The notes below the pieces were generated by a model, which was not told the origin of the DNA, ran no database searches, and was given only the letters and a program-made list of their open reading frames with translations. The position numbers and the translations under genes are program-made. Positions 1-13,010 of a stretch of DNA of 64,000 bases are shown piece after piece; within the stretch, counting starts at the first letter, position 1; each line of letters starts with the position of its first letter. Source of the stretch: Lingula anatina (lineage: Eukaryota > Animalia > Brachiopoda); assembly GCA_051362555.1 (NCBI GenBank), contig CM120640.1:56088788-56152787 (forward strand). Direction: 5' to 3'.

Positions 1-3000
1 ATATTGAAAAAAGATTTCATTAAACTTACTCATTATCATATGCTCAAAGGCGAAGAAATGTATGCAAGTCTTAATGACAAGATTGAAGTCTTTCAAAGGA
101 AAGCTGCCAAGCAAGCGGAAGGAGTTGACATTGGTTTCATAAGTGACCGTATTTTCTACTTGTCCATACCACCATTTGCATATTTAGATACTTCACGAAA
201 TATTCACAAGTTCTGCCGTCCTTCCACCCCGTACTCAGGGCTCCGCCTTGTTCTGGAGAAACCTTTTGGAAAAGATTATGCCAGTGCGAAATTTATGTCA
301 GATGAACTTGCAAAACATTTCAGGTAAGGAAAATAAAAAGGCTATTTGTGGTTGAGGCAATAGATTTTTATTCCTGGACCTGCTTTAAGTCATTGTATTT
401 GTATACAGGACCATTCCATAGTATACTAAAAAGCAAATTCAATTTTAAGATTGGTTTCCTGTTAGTTGGGTAGTTCTTTTCATGAGGCCATATTATTTTC
501 TCATTCAAATTTCATCCAAACTGTAAATTTGGTGCTTGTTCATTTTGTTCTAAACTGTAGAAAAGTATTACTTAAAAGATTTATAGGCCTGAAATATAGG
601 TTGAGTTCAAAAACCAGCCTCAACGGATTCTTTATATGGAAGTTATGCACTTTTGGTGAAATGTTCATTTTTCACATATTTTTATGTTAAAGGTGTTTCA
701 GAACTGATATGCTGTTAAGTATTATGTAATATTGTGTAAAATTTTAAGAAGCGCTATTTTGACCACTGCCACCATAAAGACCATTTAAGAAATCATTTTA
801 CTAATGATTCTCAAACTCACTAAAAAGAATTATAAACCTGAGATACAGGTTGAGTTCGAAAAAATCAGCCTGATTGGATTCTAGCTTTGGAAGGTACGCA
901 TTTTTTGTAAAATGTTCATTTTTTACATATTTGCATGTCAAAGGTGTGACTTTGGGCCTCCATGGGCCTGAAGACCTTTACTAGTTACATTTTGTTAATA
1001 TCTATGATACTTATAATATATTGTTCAAAATTGGTGATGATTATGCTGTTAAGCATTGTGTAACATTAAATCAAATGATGAAACCCCCTATTTTGGCCAA
1101 TGCCACCATATTGACCATTAATGGGAAACCATGTTACTCATGATACTCAAACTCACAGAAAAGATTCAAATGGCTGAAATACAGCTTACATTGGAAAACC
1201 ATAACGATTGGATTCTTTTTCTCAAATTAAGTTTGTGAAATGTTAATTTTTCACATATTGGCATTTTAATTGTGGGACTTAGATCTCCCATGTGCATGAA
1301 GCCTTACAGTAGTAACATTTTCTGAATGTCCATGTTATAAATAGTAAATAATTAAAATTGTAGATGATTGAGCAGTTATAATCATATAATATTGCATCAA
1401 AATTGACAAAAAACTATTTTGTGTACTGCCGCCCACTATCAATGCTATGAAAGAAAAAACTGTGTTGCTTATTATTATGTAATAACAACAATGATCCTTA
1501 GGATTGACATACAGCTTAAATTGGAAAACTAGCTTGATAGGATAATTTTCCTTGAATTTATAGAATTTATTTGAAATTCTCATTTTTGTCATTCCAGCAT
1601 TTTCAGTGTATACATTTGAACTATCACGAGCCTGATGCTTTATGCTAGTTACATATTCCTAGCATCTGTGTTACTTGTTGTGCAACTTTGGTGTTGACTT
1701 TGCTGTTTAGCAAAACATGTTATTACAACAAAATTTACAAAATAATCTTTTATGTGTATCATTATTATCTGCTTTTTGTCTGTACACTTGATAGCTTTGC
1801 TGTCTTGTTTCAGCAAGCACCCCTTATTTTTATTTTTTATTATTTTTTTTTTTTATTTTATTTTATTTTTTTTTTTTGTCCTTTTTACTCCCAGGAAGCA
1901 AACTGATTTTTTAAACATGCATACTGTATATTAGTGGCTCATTTGGGCTGATTTATGCTGAAATTTCTTCAGAATTGCCATTCTTACTTCACTGTTGCTT
2001 GGCACTGGCCTAAAGTTCAGCAAGCTTTTCCATGCATGACTGCAACAGGGGTTTGTAAATTAGTGTAATACTGAATGGATAAGGTAATAAAACTCTCTCG
2101 GGGCCCCCTTGCAATCTGCAGCAATCAAAGTATTATGGAATGACCATAAAAACTATTAAAATTATTTAACATGCATTCAGTTAACTAAAGTATTAGTTTT
2201 TAAGTGCCCTTTAAAAAGATTCTCATTTATGTTATTATTTAGTGCAGTGTAGTTTTAATTCTGCTTTGAACACATACTTGCCCATAACAGCTAGTCTAAT
2301 TATTTGGTGGGAACAAAGTTGAAGCATGATATTATACCTAAGCACTGATAAAAGCATCGAACCCTTCTTTATGCTCATAGAATTGATGAATTCATGGAAC
2401 AGCACTTTACTGGTCACATAAAGATGACAATTTTGCAGATTAAGTTCTTTTCTTTATGGTGTAATAATGGTCTCTTCATTACCTTAAAGACATTGCACCA
2501 GTGAAAGCATAACATAGATCATGTTTGATGATATCAAGACTAAACAACCTCCTGCAAATTAGTTTTTGAGATAAAAACTGTGATTACATAGAGATGCATA
2601 CTTGGTTTGAAGGCAAACAGTTCAACCACTTTAAGTCAAATTTGCCACTAGGTGGCATAATTTGCTGTACAGTTGAGTTTGGCTTGTTGTGTGCAGGAGT
2701 GGTTGGTATCACCTTCCAGTGTAGGCACACACCTTTAAACATAAAGAGTTGATGGTTAACCTCAGATAAAAAAGTTATGTGTGTTACATACTTCAGTTTG
2801 TGTTTTGAAAATCATTGTTTTTTATGGAAGTGGTAACAACAGAGACTTGGGGTTTCTGACATGTAAGAATACTGTACACGCTCTAGGATTGAAAAGAGCA
2901 AAAATTCCACCACTCTTTTGTGCCTTTTGTATTCTCTGGTGGTCTAAACAGCCAAAGCCATGATATATTTTTCAGCTATACTCAGTATAAAGTATATCCA

Positions 3001-6000
3001 ATCAGATCTTAATGAATAGAAAGATATTGGTACCACCTTCCAGTGTAGGCACAAGATTGACAAACTGAATATCAAGACATAAAAGCTACAATGCCAAGAA
3101 AGGGCAGCTGCATCATTCCTTGTACACTCTAAACAACTATTCTCATAAAACTAACCCCTTTTCAGTAGCAATTTTGAATAACAAAAGCATGAAGAACTGC
3201 TCAGATGTAAATTTTGTGATTATTGAGAATATGAATGTTATAATGCACCATTAGAAAATATGAACGAAATATGATTCTGTAACTGCCCACAAAGTTGGGA
3301 TGCTTATTTCAAAGTGATATTAATGTTACGGGATACACATTGTGTTGAAGGATGTGGTGGCAATTCAGGATCCAGTTATGGACTATAGCTTACGGATTCT
3401 AATATCTATCTTCTTTGTTATATTTTGCATTATTAGTCTGTAGAACATTACACCATTGTCATTGGTTTTTCTTACGTTATTGAAAAAGAGACATTTTTGA
3501 AGAATCTCCTTTAAAAATCTGATTTAATTATTTTTTGTTTAGGTGTACATACTGACATTAATGTTAATCCTTCTTTATTGTTTCTAGAGAGGAAGAAATT
3601 TACAGAGTTGACCACTATTTAGCCAAACCCATTGCCATGCAGGTATTACCAGTAAGGTGGGTTGATGCACTGTGATACTGAATTCAGTGGAGATTTTTTT
3701 AATGATTAATTTTTTCATTGGAGCTGGAAAACGAAGGTTGACTTGTTTTTAACACCTAGATAGTAATAGGAAGTTTGCTTAGAGTTTGAGTGATGGGACT
3801 ACAGGTTAAAAATTGTGTGTCATTACAGTTTGAGTGATGGGACTACAGTTTAAAAATTGTGTGTCATTACAGTAGTGAAGGATATATTTAAAAATGTTAA
3901 ATTTTGTGAACCACAGTTTTGTGTAATGTACAAGCAGGCGTGGAAACGGGTCTTTCTATAACCTAATGAAATAAAGCCTAAATGATTTCATTGTGTTAAT
4001 GTCTTTGAGTTATACAGGGTACTTCCAGTCTATCAAGTTAAATCAAATGCACTTTGATTCTTTGTTCAGTATGATGTTTCATTTCTTTCAGAACAAACAA
4101 TGTCCACCTGGAGATGGTTTTGAATCGAAATCATGTAGAAAAGGTCGAAGTGGTATTAACAGAAACATCAGATGTGAAAGGTGAGATAAAGGATGGGGAA
4201 CCCTCTGTGTTTGGCATAAAGAGATCCAAGGGTTACATCATATTTAAGTGGTAGATTTATCAAACTGACATCATTTTAACATGCAGCTATTCAATTCAAT
4301 CTTCAATGCAATTAGGTGGCACACAGTTGATGTGGGATTACAGTTGGGCAGAAACTATTTATATCTAACTTAACTCTTACATGTTTAATAATTGAGCCAA
4401 TTTTATGCCTGTAGATTATGAACTGACTAGGCAGTTATCACAGTATGAAGTTAGGACTCACATGAATTATCTCTAAATTATCTTAACCTCCAGGGAAATA
4501 TGCCACCGAATGTCAGTAGATAACAATACATGGGTACTTACAGCTGTGAATAGCACATTTAGCTGTTGATTTGTATGGAATGTGTTAATTAAAGCATGTC
4601 TGCTGATTTAACCACTTCTATAAAGTGTCTTTGGATGTTTGATGTAAAATTGCTGCACTATTTTAGAGTAAGCTAGTCATATTTTGGGAAATTTATATCT
4701 GATTATTTGTTTCCTAAACTAACAGTTTTGCCGTTTTTGCAAAGGAATAAAGAAATATCCTGTTTTGTTGACTTTGGAATTGTATTAAACAAGTTCTAAC
4801 TCCTAGAAAAATGATGTCCTGTTGTAAGTTTATGACTCCTACTTCTTGAGATGGATATTTATTAATGTTTTTTTTTTTTTTTTTTGCCTCATTTCTGTGA
4901 TTATTCTCAAATTGGTCAGGCAGACACAACCATGTTTACATGAAGTCTGTCAAATAATGAAAATGATGTTTGTTTCATAACATTTCCTTACAGTAACACA
5001 TATATTGGATTTTCAGATCGTCTTGAGTATTATGATGAGTATGGAGTAATTCGTGATATCCTGCAAAATCACTTGACTGAACTTCTGTTATTGGTCACAA
5101 TGGATTTACCAAAGAATGCTACCAATAAAGAAGAAATTGAACAAAACAAAATCAGGGTATTGCAAAAATTCCAGGCCCTGTCACCAGGTGATATTCTTCT
5201 TGGACAGTATCAGAATTATGGAAGTGAAATTCAAGAAGGGTTACAGAAATCTGGCTCCACCCACTTGACTCCAACATTTGCTGCTGTTCTCCTACGAATC
5301 AACTCAAAAAGATGGCAGGAGGTGCCATTTGTTCTGATGTCTGGTAAGAAGATGGATGAGAGGCACAGCTACATAAGAATTGTTTTCAAAGACAGATCAT
5401 TTTGTCTCCCCTATCACACCTGTAAAAACAGAAGCGAACTAATTTTCAGTTTGTCTCATGGGCCAGCCAAGATCCCATCCATATTACACACATTAAATCT
5501 ACCCATTTATCTCCAGGAGGGTATGTTCCATGAGTTTTCTGAAAGTGACATTGCAAACAAAAACTTAACTCAATATAGGGCCTTTTCTTTGATCCAAAAT
5601 ACCAATGCATATGCCAGTGTGATATCTTCTGTATTTCATAGAGATAGAACTGGTTTTATAGGGACAGACCATCTTCTTCAGTCTTGGAACTACTGGGGAC
5701 AAGGATTGTCAGTCTTAGGAGACAACTTACCAAAACTTTATCCTGGTGGTAAAGGCTCATTCTGCAATCTTAGTTTTCAGTATGATTTCAAGCACATAGA
5801 TTTCAATGACCAGACATTTTCTAAGTCAAACCAAAGGGTTGATCTAATCCTATCAGACGAAGACATAAATATGGTGTCTCATAACATGGCCCAAATTCCA
5901 GACACTTTCTTAGGGAATACTCTGGTGAGTGCTTCAACAGATTCCTTAATACAAAGACTTGTAGAGGATCTGGCAAACTCTGCTTTGGATGCCATACAAA

Positions 6001-6653
6001 AGAGAGGCATCTTCCACATAGCATTCTCTGGTGGTGCAGGTCCACTTGTCTTATTCTCAAAACTGGCAACAGTGCCTTATTTGTTTCCTTGGAAGCAAAT
6101 TCATATATGGATGGTGGATGAGAGATGTGTGTCTAGTAATCACACTGAATATAATTTTCACAATTTGGATGAACGCCTGCTTCGTTTTATTGACATTCCA
6201 ATGAGTAACATTCACCCTATGCCAACTTATCTCTTCACAGATATATGCAACCCTGATGATTTGGGCAGCAAGTTGTATGAAAACCATATGCAAAAACTCA
6301 TCAGTAATCAAAGGCTGGACTTTATAGTCCTTGGTGTAGGAATGGATGGTCACACTGCATCATTATTCAGAGGCCAAAATTCTTTGAAAGAAAGGACAAG
6401 ACTGGTTGTCTTAACACCAGGTCGTGAAGGGGACAGTATTAAACAAAGAATGACTCTTACTTTTCCAGCCATCAATAAGGCTAGGGAAATTGCTGTGTTT
6501 GTACTTGGTTCTCACAAACACGAAGTACTCAAGGTAATTAGTAATGATGAAACCAACGCTGACAAATGGCCAATAACTGGCGTCAATCCCGATCAGGGTA
6601 CTATGACCTGGTACATCGATCACGATGCATTATTTGGAAAATCTTTATCATAA
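1..6653 (+). CDS. H6PD: Hexose-6-phosphate dehydrogenase / GDH-6PGL endoplasmic bifunctional protein (5' end outside window); exons <1-323, 3588-3656, 4092-4180, 5017-6653
   Basis: Spliced frame stays open across GT-AG introns (phases 2,2,1; 706 codons). G6PD-family motifs LEKPFGKD, EEEIYRVDHYLAK, YYDEYGVIRDILQNHLTE, TPTFAAV and RWQEVPFVLMSGK are followed in the same polypeptide by 6PGL motifs FSGG, WMVDERCV, LGVGMDGHTASLF and RMTLT. This fusion defines H6PD. Confidence 0.95.
480..1700. repeat. Degenerate tandem repeat (about 4 units of 250-335 bp) in an H6PD intron
   Basis: Related blocks CTGA(A/G)ATA(T/C)AG...GGATTCT...GTGAAATGTT start near 589, 838, 1173 and 1504. Confidence 0.7.
2644..2657. 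promoter_or_regulatory. CTCF-like motif GCCACTAGGTGGCA
   Basis: Matches the bilaterian CTCF core consensus CCASYAGRKGGCR; motif match only. Confidence 0.3.
3783..3870. repeat. 44-bp tandem duplication
   Basis: AGTTTGAGTGATGGGACTACAG(G/T)TTAAAAATTGTGTGTCATTAC occurs twice with 1 mismatch. Confidence 0.9.
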
Positions 6654-6851
6654 TCATTTATCATCTTCTCCCGATATATTCTTGTTCTTATTTGTCTCAG
6701 AATCTTAAATCTCTTTTATAACCCAACCTCAAATATAGGTCATCATCACAAAAATGAATAATTATGATTAATTACTGCTGGACTAAATGACCAACATGTA
6801 TGCTGTTAAATGACCAACATTGTGATTTTCAACCTCGTGATTAATTATTTT

Positions 6852-6857
6852 AATAAA
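6852..6857 (+). terminator. Candidate polyadenylation signal of H6PD
   Basis: AATAAA about 200 nt after the stop codon. Confidence 0.4.
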
Positions 6858-7361
6858 AGTCTGGCAATATTTGGCACTATTTGACTGATAACCTTTTTAA
6901 ATGGCATCAATTTATGGACCAAGGATTACCTGCTTGCATTAATGATACATTTTGCTTTGACACCAACGCAGAGTGCCTACATTATCAGTAAACGTGGACA
7001 CTCCTTGCTTAAAACACATTTGACACAGCGTGTCTATCTTTCCTCTTGAGTTACTTGTCTTAAAGAGATTGATTGTCACACTGCTTCCAATTACCAAAGT
7101 TAAGATAGTATGTGTTAAAGGTCGTCCAGAGAACCGTAACAGAACGAACCTTTGTGCAGAGAACAATGAGGCATATAATATGTAAGCCAATGTCGTGCAT
7201 GCCACCCCCACCCCCCATCCAACTCCAAGGGGTTAGTGACACAAATGATTTTTTCCGTCGCTGACCTAAAGAGTAAATTATAAGTGTTGCTATTGTTTTG
7301 ACAAGTGACACCACGCGTATTTAGATGAGGGTGGGTCTATTCTTGCAAGATTTTTCTGCAC

Positions 7362-7362
<1 letters not shown>

Positions 7363-7418
<56 letters not shown>

Positions 7419-7419
7419 C
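7363..7419. repeat. (CA)n microsatellite
   Basis: Seen directly. Confidence 0.95.
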
Positions 7420-8422
7420 AGGGCGTGAAAGTGAACGATCGAATGATTTTTTCGACTGGCGAGGGTTTTGCTTGGTTTGTAAGAATGGAATTGGATTATG
7501 CCCTACGAATTGCATAAAAGGTTTTTAGAGCTCTTACTGAACTTACAATATCTATACATTGACGTAGTTACGTCTCTTTTCTGGAAACTTTCAGCCGATG
7601 GTCTGCCTACTGAGTGTACAAGTGGAACTATAAACTAACCAGTACACAATTATCCTACGGGTTAATTCCATACAATTATTCATTTTGATTAAGACTATAA
7701 GGGAAAAAAACAGCTTGTGACAAGAAAATGTCTTTTTATAATTTTACATGTTAATTTTGTGGGAGTTAAAACCAGTAGAATAACGGATGGGGTTCACTGT
7801 TCTTCCAACGTTGCTTTAAATACAGGTACATTTGTCGAAAACGCGATTGAAGCCCGTCTTTATGGAGTATTTCTCTTCTACGCTAGGATAGTGTGCGTTG
7901 CCGAGTTCATTGGTTTTGTATAGCAGCTTGAGTGCTTATCTAGTGTTAATTTAAAATGGTTTTAATGTCGTTTTCATTTTATATTTGAACTATATTGTGG
8001 CGCCATTGGGGCCGAGGGAACTCATTAATTTATCCAGTTGGAAATTTGCATGAAAGTTTCGCGGCTGTTGTATGCAGTCACTGTCACTTGAGGAACATAT
8101 TATTTAAAAACGCCGAAGCTGCATTATCAGCAATTCGTTGCGCACATTTTCCAAATATCACAGTGGATATCTATTTTACAGATCTAACGCAAAAATTAAG
8201 ACAACCTAGCATTGCAGCTTTGACACCATTTTAGTCACCGTAGGACTGCAAAGAATGAATGTAGGTTGTTTATTTTATAAAGTTTGCTGAAATAAAAATG
8301 TACTTTGTATTATTTTTACTTATTTCTGGCAAGCAAAGAATATTTCCATTTAGCATTATTTTTTAATACATAAATTATACATTAATTTACAGACGGGAGC
8401 TGTCCAGTTATTTATCCCCATG

Positions 8423-8590
8423 CAGGGGCGGATTTAGGCCGTCTTCTGGGTCTTCCAGAAGACGGTCAGATTTTCAAGTTTACATTGACAGGTATCTAAT
8501 GTTTTCTGTCGGAAGACGGTCAGAAATGTAGGATGGATCAACAAAGATAATTTGGAAGACTGTCAGAAAATATCTCTGGATCCGCCCCTG
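8423..8590. mobile_element. 168-bp MITE with 5-bp target-site duplication (hAT5-like)
   Basis: TIRs CAGGGGCGGAT / ATCCGCCCCTG, flanked on both sides by CCATG; internal repeated GAAGAC(G/T)GTCAGA motif. Confidence 0.75.
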
Positions 8591-9184
8591 CCATGTCTGT
8601 ATGTTCTCAGGAAACTATTGATTAAGAAGTGCCTCGTTACATTAACCATCAAAAATACGTGTTTCTCAGTGTTTATACGTCAGGCACTCCTCTAATATTA
8701 CCATGTGGGCCAATCTTCTAAAGCAGAGGTGAGGTCTTAGCTTGGGAAAAGTGAACCATTGCAAAGGTCATTTAGAAACTAATTTGCTGTAAACACCATA
8801 ATGCTTGTACTTCTTGTTTGGGGAGCAACATTTCTAGGAATCATCTGCATGATAATTACCGTTGGTACATTTAGCAACAATTCTGCCAATGATATAAGTA
8901 ATTATCTGTATTGAGGTCAGAGACAGGCCAACTCTGATTAGCTTAATTCCAGATTATGAATCAAGAAGCACTTTCAAATTGCATTACCTTCGATTAACAC
9001 GGCGTCTTCGGCCAATTTGATTAAAGCTAATTAATGCTATTTAATACAGAAACAGTTGCACCAGGCAGACCCACTCGGTCGAAGCCACTTTGTCCTGTCT
9101 GATATATTGACTCGTAGCAAGGTTTCCTGGTATAGGCCTATCTTTGAGAGCTTACAGTACACATTGTCTCTAAAACATAATTTG

Positions 9185-9186
<2 letters not shown>

Positions 9187-9218
<32 letters not shown>

Positions 9219-9241
9219 ACACACACACACACACACACACA
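9187..9241. repeat. (CT)n(CA)n compound microsatellite
   Basis: Seen directly. Confidence 0.95.
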
Positions 9242-10522
9242 AAACCATTGCACTGTGTGTGAGTTTACTTTTGTCTTCAACGTGCGAAGACTAATGTTTA
9301 CCAGGCGTACGAAAGTAATTCCGACAGCATTTTGATACATTGATGGAACAATGGTAAAAGGTAGCATAAAAATCGAGTTTAAAGTGGTTAATTTTAACGT
9401 GTAACTACTTTCCTCCAAATTTTGTTTGTCATAAATTCTTTGCCCACGAAATTTCTGTTTGTACTATGATACTGGCTCACTGTATTACTACATGCAATAC
9501 GGTTTATTTCGTTTTTTTCTTACGCATTTCTCTCTATGTTTCTGTTTTGTTTACTTTTTTATGTTCGAAAAGTTGAATTTCATTATTTTGATTATTCTAA
9601 ATGATTGACCATTTTTCATTTCACAAATATATTAGAAACTGAAATGACGTTTAGTCACAAAACGAACCAGTTCCTTTACTAATGCCTCGGTTTCTTGGAA
9701 CCATTGCGTTACAGAAATTTAAAACGTTTTAAATCTCTTTCAAACAGATGGCTATAAATTATTATAGTAGCCCTTCTTTAAGACCACACAATTAATCTAT
9801 GAATGTGATTTACTATCTACCAAGAGAAAAAGCTGCTGTCTGGAGACAACCTGAGTTTATTTACTCGCCATCAACTAGAGACATACAAAATAACTGGAGA
9901 AAGAATAATTAGCATCAGAAAACCTTCGTGACAAAAGTGGTAAGTCCCAGTGTTGCAACGGTTTGGTTATTTGAGAAATAATACATGTTATCTGATAAGC
10001 ATTGCCCTCTTCATATTGGAACGACCGCCACTTGACATTTGTAATAAGAAGTCCGAAGTATTTCGTGTTTTCAGCGTCTTTCTTCAGTGGTAAGTCATTG
10101 TTCTTTCAATCGGAGATCAGGTTCTTTCTGTTTATGTAGTTTCCATACCGATCTATTTTAGTTATGAAACGACTATTATAGAGAAGCCATATGTTATTTT
10201 ATCTCAACAGGACGTGTTATGTGATGCGTTGCTGAAACGTAGGTCTACGAGTTAATATAACTAAAATCCATGGCATGGTCAACGCTAATAACCGTAAGTG
10301 CCCATACAGGGGATTCCACATTATCTGCGTAATGTTGATTGAGTAAATGAATAAATATTTATAAATAAATAGCGACAAGACAATAAATTAATGTTTATCA
10401 TTAGAGTTACCAGCAGAGTGATGCTGAGCAATTCGGAAATACTTAGAGAAGTGTGTTGAATACTGTTTAGTGTGGTCCAAGGCACGGCGACGTTGTTTCA
10501 ACTTGTGCATCTACTAGCAAGG

Positions 10523-12896
10523 TCACCAGATTGTATTCGTATTGTCTAACGCTGACCGTGATAGAACCTCCTGTATGTATCTTACAGGCAAGGAGATGTC
10601 GTCGTCAGAGGGTGGCTCTACGCCTGAGCTGCGCTTCCTCCTCTCGGTGGCAGCTGTAAAGCACCGTCGGTATGTTTTGAAACTCTGCAAGCATTCTGAT
10701 CCTAGGCCGTAAGCCTCGCCGCACCACGTGCAGATTCCCATAGCTTCGTTGTTATACATAGACATATCTCCCCTGAAATGTATGATATTTTTTATACATA
10801 GTGATTGTTCTGCCAGTAACGGGGTAAAAAGGGTGAACATGAACAGTTAAAATTCAAATATAGCGTGAAAAGGGTCTGCGAGACGCGTACACTGGGGAAT
10901 ATAACGCTAATCTCACAAAGTGCCTATCCAAATTCTCACCGGATGTTCCTACAATTGTATTTTTCAAATGACAGTAGAAACAGTTTAGAATATCTTTGCC
11001 CACAGCCGTTTACACAAAGCACCCCCAAAATGTTATGCCAGCAGTTTGGCTATTTTTATTGGCAAATTTTTATACTGATTTGCTGTATATCCTCAAGTGT
11101 TTTGTGAAATGAGCTTATAAAATCAAAAATCAAACGCCCTTTTCAACCCCCATAATGCGTTTAGAAGCGTGTGTTAGAGGTTAATGATTTTTTTACTCAC
11201 CTTTTGTAGAGATATAGAGATTTTGCATCACAGAGGTGACAAGCAAGTGCCAAAATCACAGCTATTAACCGTACGGCGGACATGTTCATCTGAAATTTGA
11301 TCGACAGCCTATTAATGCTTTGCATGAATTCATTCCAAGCAGAAATCGTGCTCTTTGTAGAAGAGATAACCAACAGATTAACACATACTAATCCTAATTT
11401 GAAAGACTGCAATAAGTTAAATAGCAAACTAAGTTGACTTTGTTGAGGGAAACCGACTTAACACCTTTTCTATCGCTTTCTCTTATCTTGTTCCTTAAAT
11501 CGTACCCAGACAGAGTAGAGAAAGAATGTCTCATTGATTAATGTAAATGTGAACATACATCGTCATAATTGATGTACCAGTATGCAATTATGATAGTTTA
11601 TTATACATATATAAAGCGCATTCTTGTTCCCACACTCATTAGATTTCAGTACGATTAAACTTTAAAAGATCAGATCCTATGCATTTTTATAATGTCAATG
11701 GCAATATCTGGATAGAGACACTTAATGGGAACCAAATTTTCCTAACCTGCTTGGATATTACGTTCTTCAAATAAAACGTAGTTGTATATACCAAATAAAC
11801 ATTCAATTATTGAAGATTTGCTGACAGCTTTGTTTATCTCGTTCACAATGATTAGTCGCTGTTTACACACTCGTTTTAGTCTATCCTTCGGATTTTCGAA
11901 TAAAAGGTTTGTAAGAGAAATAGGAAATCATCAGACTCATAACACTAAACAAACTTATGTATAAAAAAGAGTCTTGTGTTACGTAAATACGAAATCCTTT
12001 TCATCACGGGTGATGTAACGAAAGTAGTATATTGTTCTGCGATGTTTTCTATATACCTTGTTAGCGTTTGGGCTTTCCTTTGTTAAAACCACTTCTTCAT
12101 AAATGCCATTTATCTCTTGTTGCAGTTTAATTAGTGAATTTCATGTTTGAATTTTAGCATATAGGCATTGGATATGATCATTGAATTCCATAGTGTGTAT
12201 TGTGCTTTAATGAAATGGAAAACAAAATTTCACCCACAAAAGAACTGCTCATCCTAGAAAGACGGTGCTAGTATAAAACTTTTCACTTGAAAAACAGTGT
12301 TAGAGTTAAAAACAGTAGGCCTAATTCAATATTATAATCACGATCAAACCAAACCAGGTAATTTACGAACCGAATCGCCATTCAAATGCCCACAGCTGAA
12401 AAATTTAAGTAAAAACAAACATAACACACTCAACGAGGTAAATTGCAAAAATAATACAGTAGTGACAATTTTCACTTTCTAGATATTCTATCGGTTGGTT
12501 GCGTGATTCCGCAGAACATATTTGTGGATTCAACAAGTTGTTTTGGTTTGTAAAAGTAATACGTTTACCTCCTCTGATTTATGATCAACAGTCTACATTC
12601 CACTTCTTAAAGTAAATTGTTTTTCATGTTATGTGAGCCTTCAGACGCAGTGGTTCGTACATTTCACATTTGTTCAAGTTCTGTAGATATCGTTTTCAAC
12701 ACGCAAAACAAACGAAATATTCCAGAACCAGTTAAATGTGTCAATGTGTCTCTTGATTTCAGAAAAAAAATCTTTCAACATTCACTGTCATTAATTGTTT
12801 AAGACCTGGTCCCCAAAGTCAAATATAATTTACAAATGTTTTAACATGATCTTTTTTAGTGTCATACATATGCATATCACTCACCTTGTAATCCAT
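10523..12896 (-). CDS. Secreted cysteine-rich neuropeptide/hormone precursor (112-116 aa), remote CHH/ITP-like; exons 12896-12885, 11289-11201, 10772-10523
   Basis: Canonical splice sites (AAG|GTGAGT, TTTCAG|ATG, AAAG|GTGAGT, TTTCAG|G) join in frame to MDYKMNMSAVRLIAVILALACHLCDA-KSLYLY-KR-GDMSMYNNEAMGICTWCGEAYGLGSECLQSFKTYRRCFTAATE-RRKR-SSGVEPPSDDDISLPVRYIQEVLSRSALDNTNTIW*. It has a signal peptide, basic convertase sites and 4 Cys in the central peptide. Confidence 0.75.
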
Positions 12897-13001
12897 AGAG
12901 ATATATTCAGCGGACGAACTCGTTGTGTATAACGGAATTCTCAAACGACGATATCCAGATCTTGACTTTTGGTAACAGTGACATCCATTCCAAAAGCTTC
13001 C

Positions 13002-13010
13002 CTTTATATA
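13002..13010 (-). promoter_or_regulatory. TATA box of the peptide-precursor gene
   Basis: TATATAAAG on the minus strand, about 120 nt upstream of the first donor site (12884), which implies a short first exon. Confidence 0.5.

Noticed and set aside
5821-6623. Minus-strand ORFs overlapping H6PD
   Set aside because: Antisense shadows of the long H6PD coding exon.
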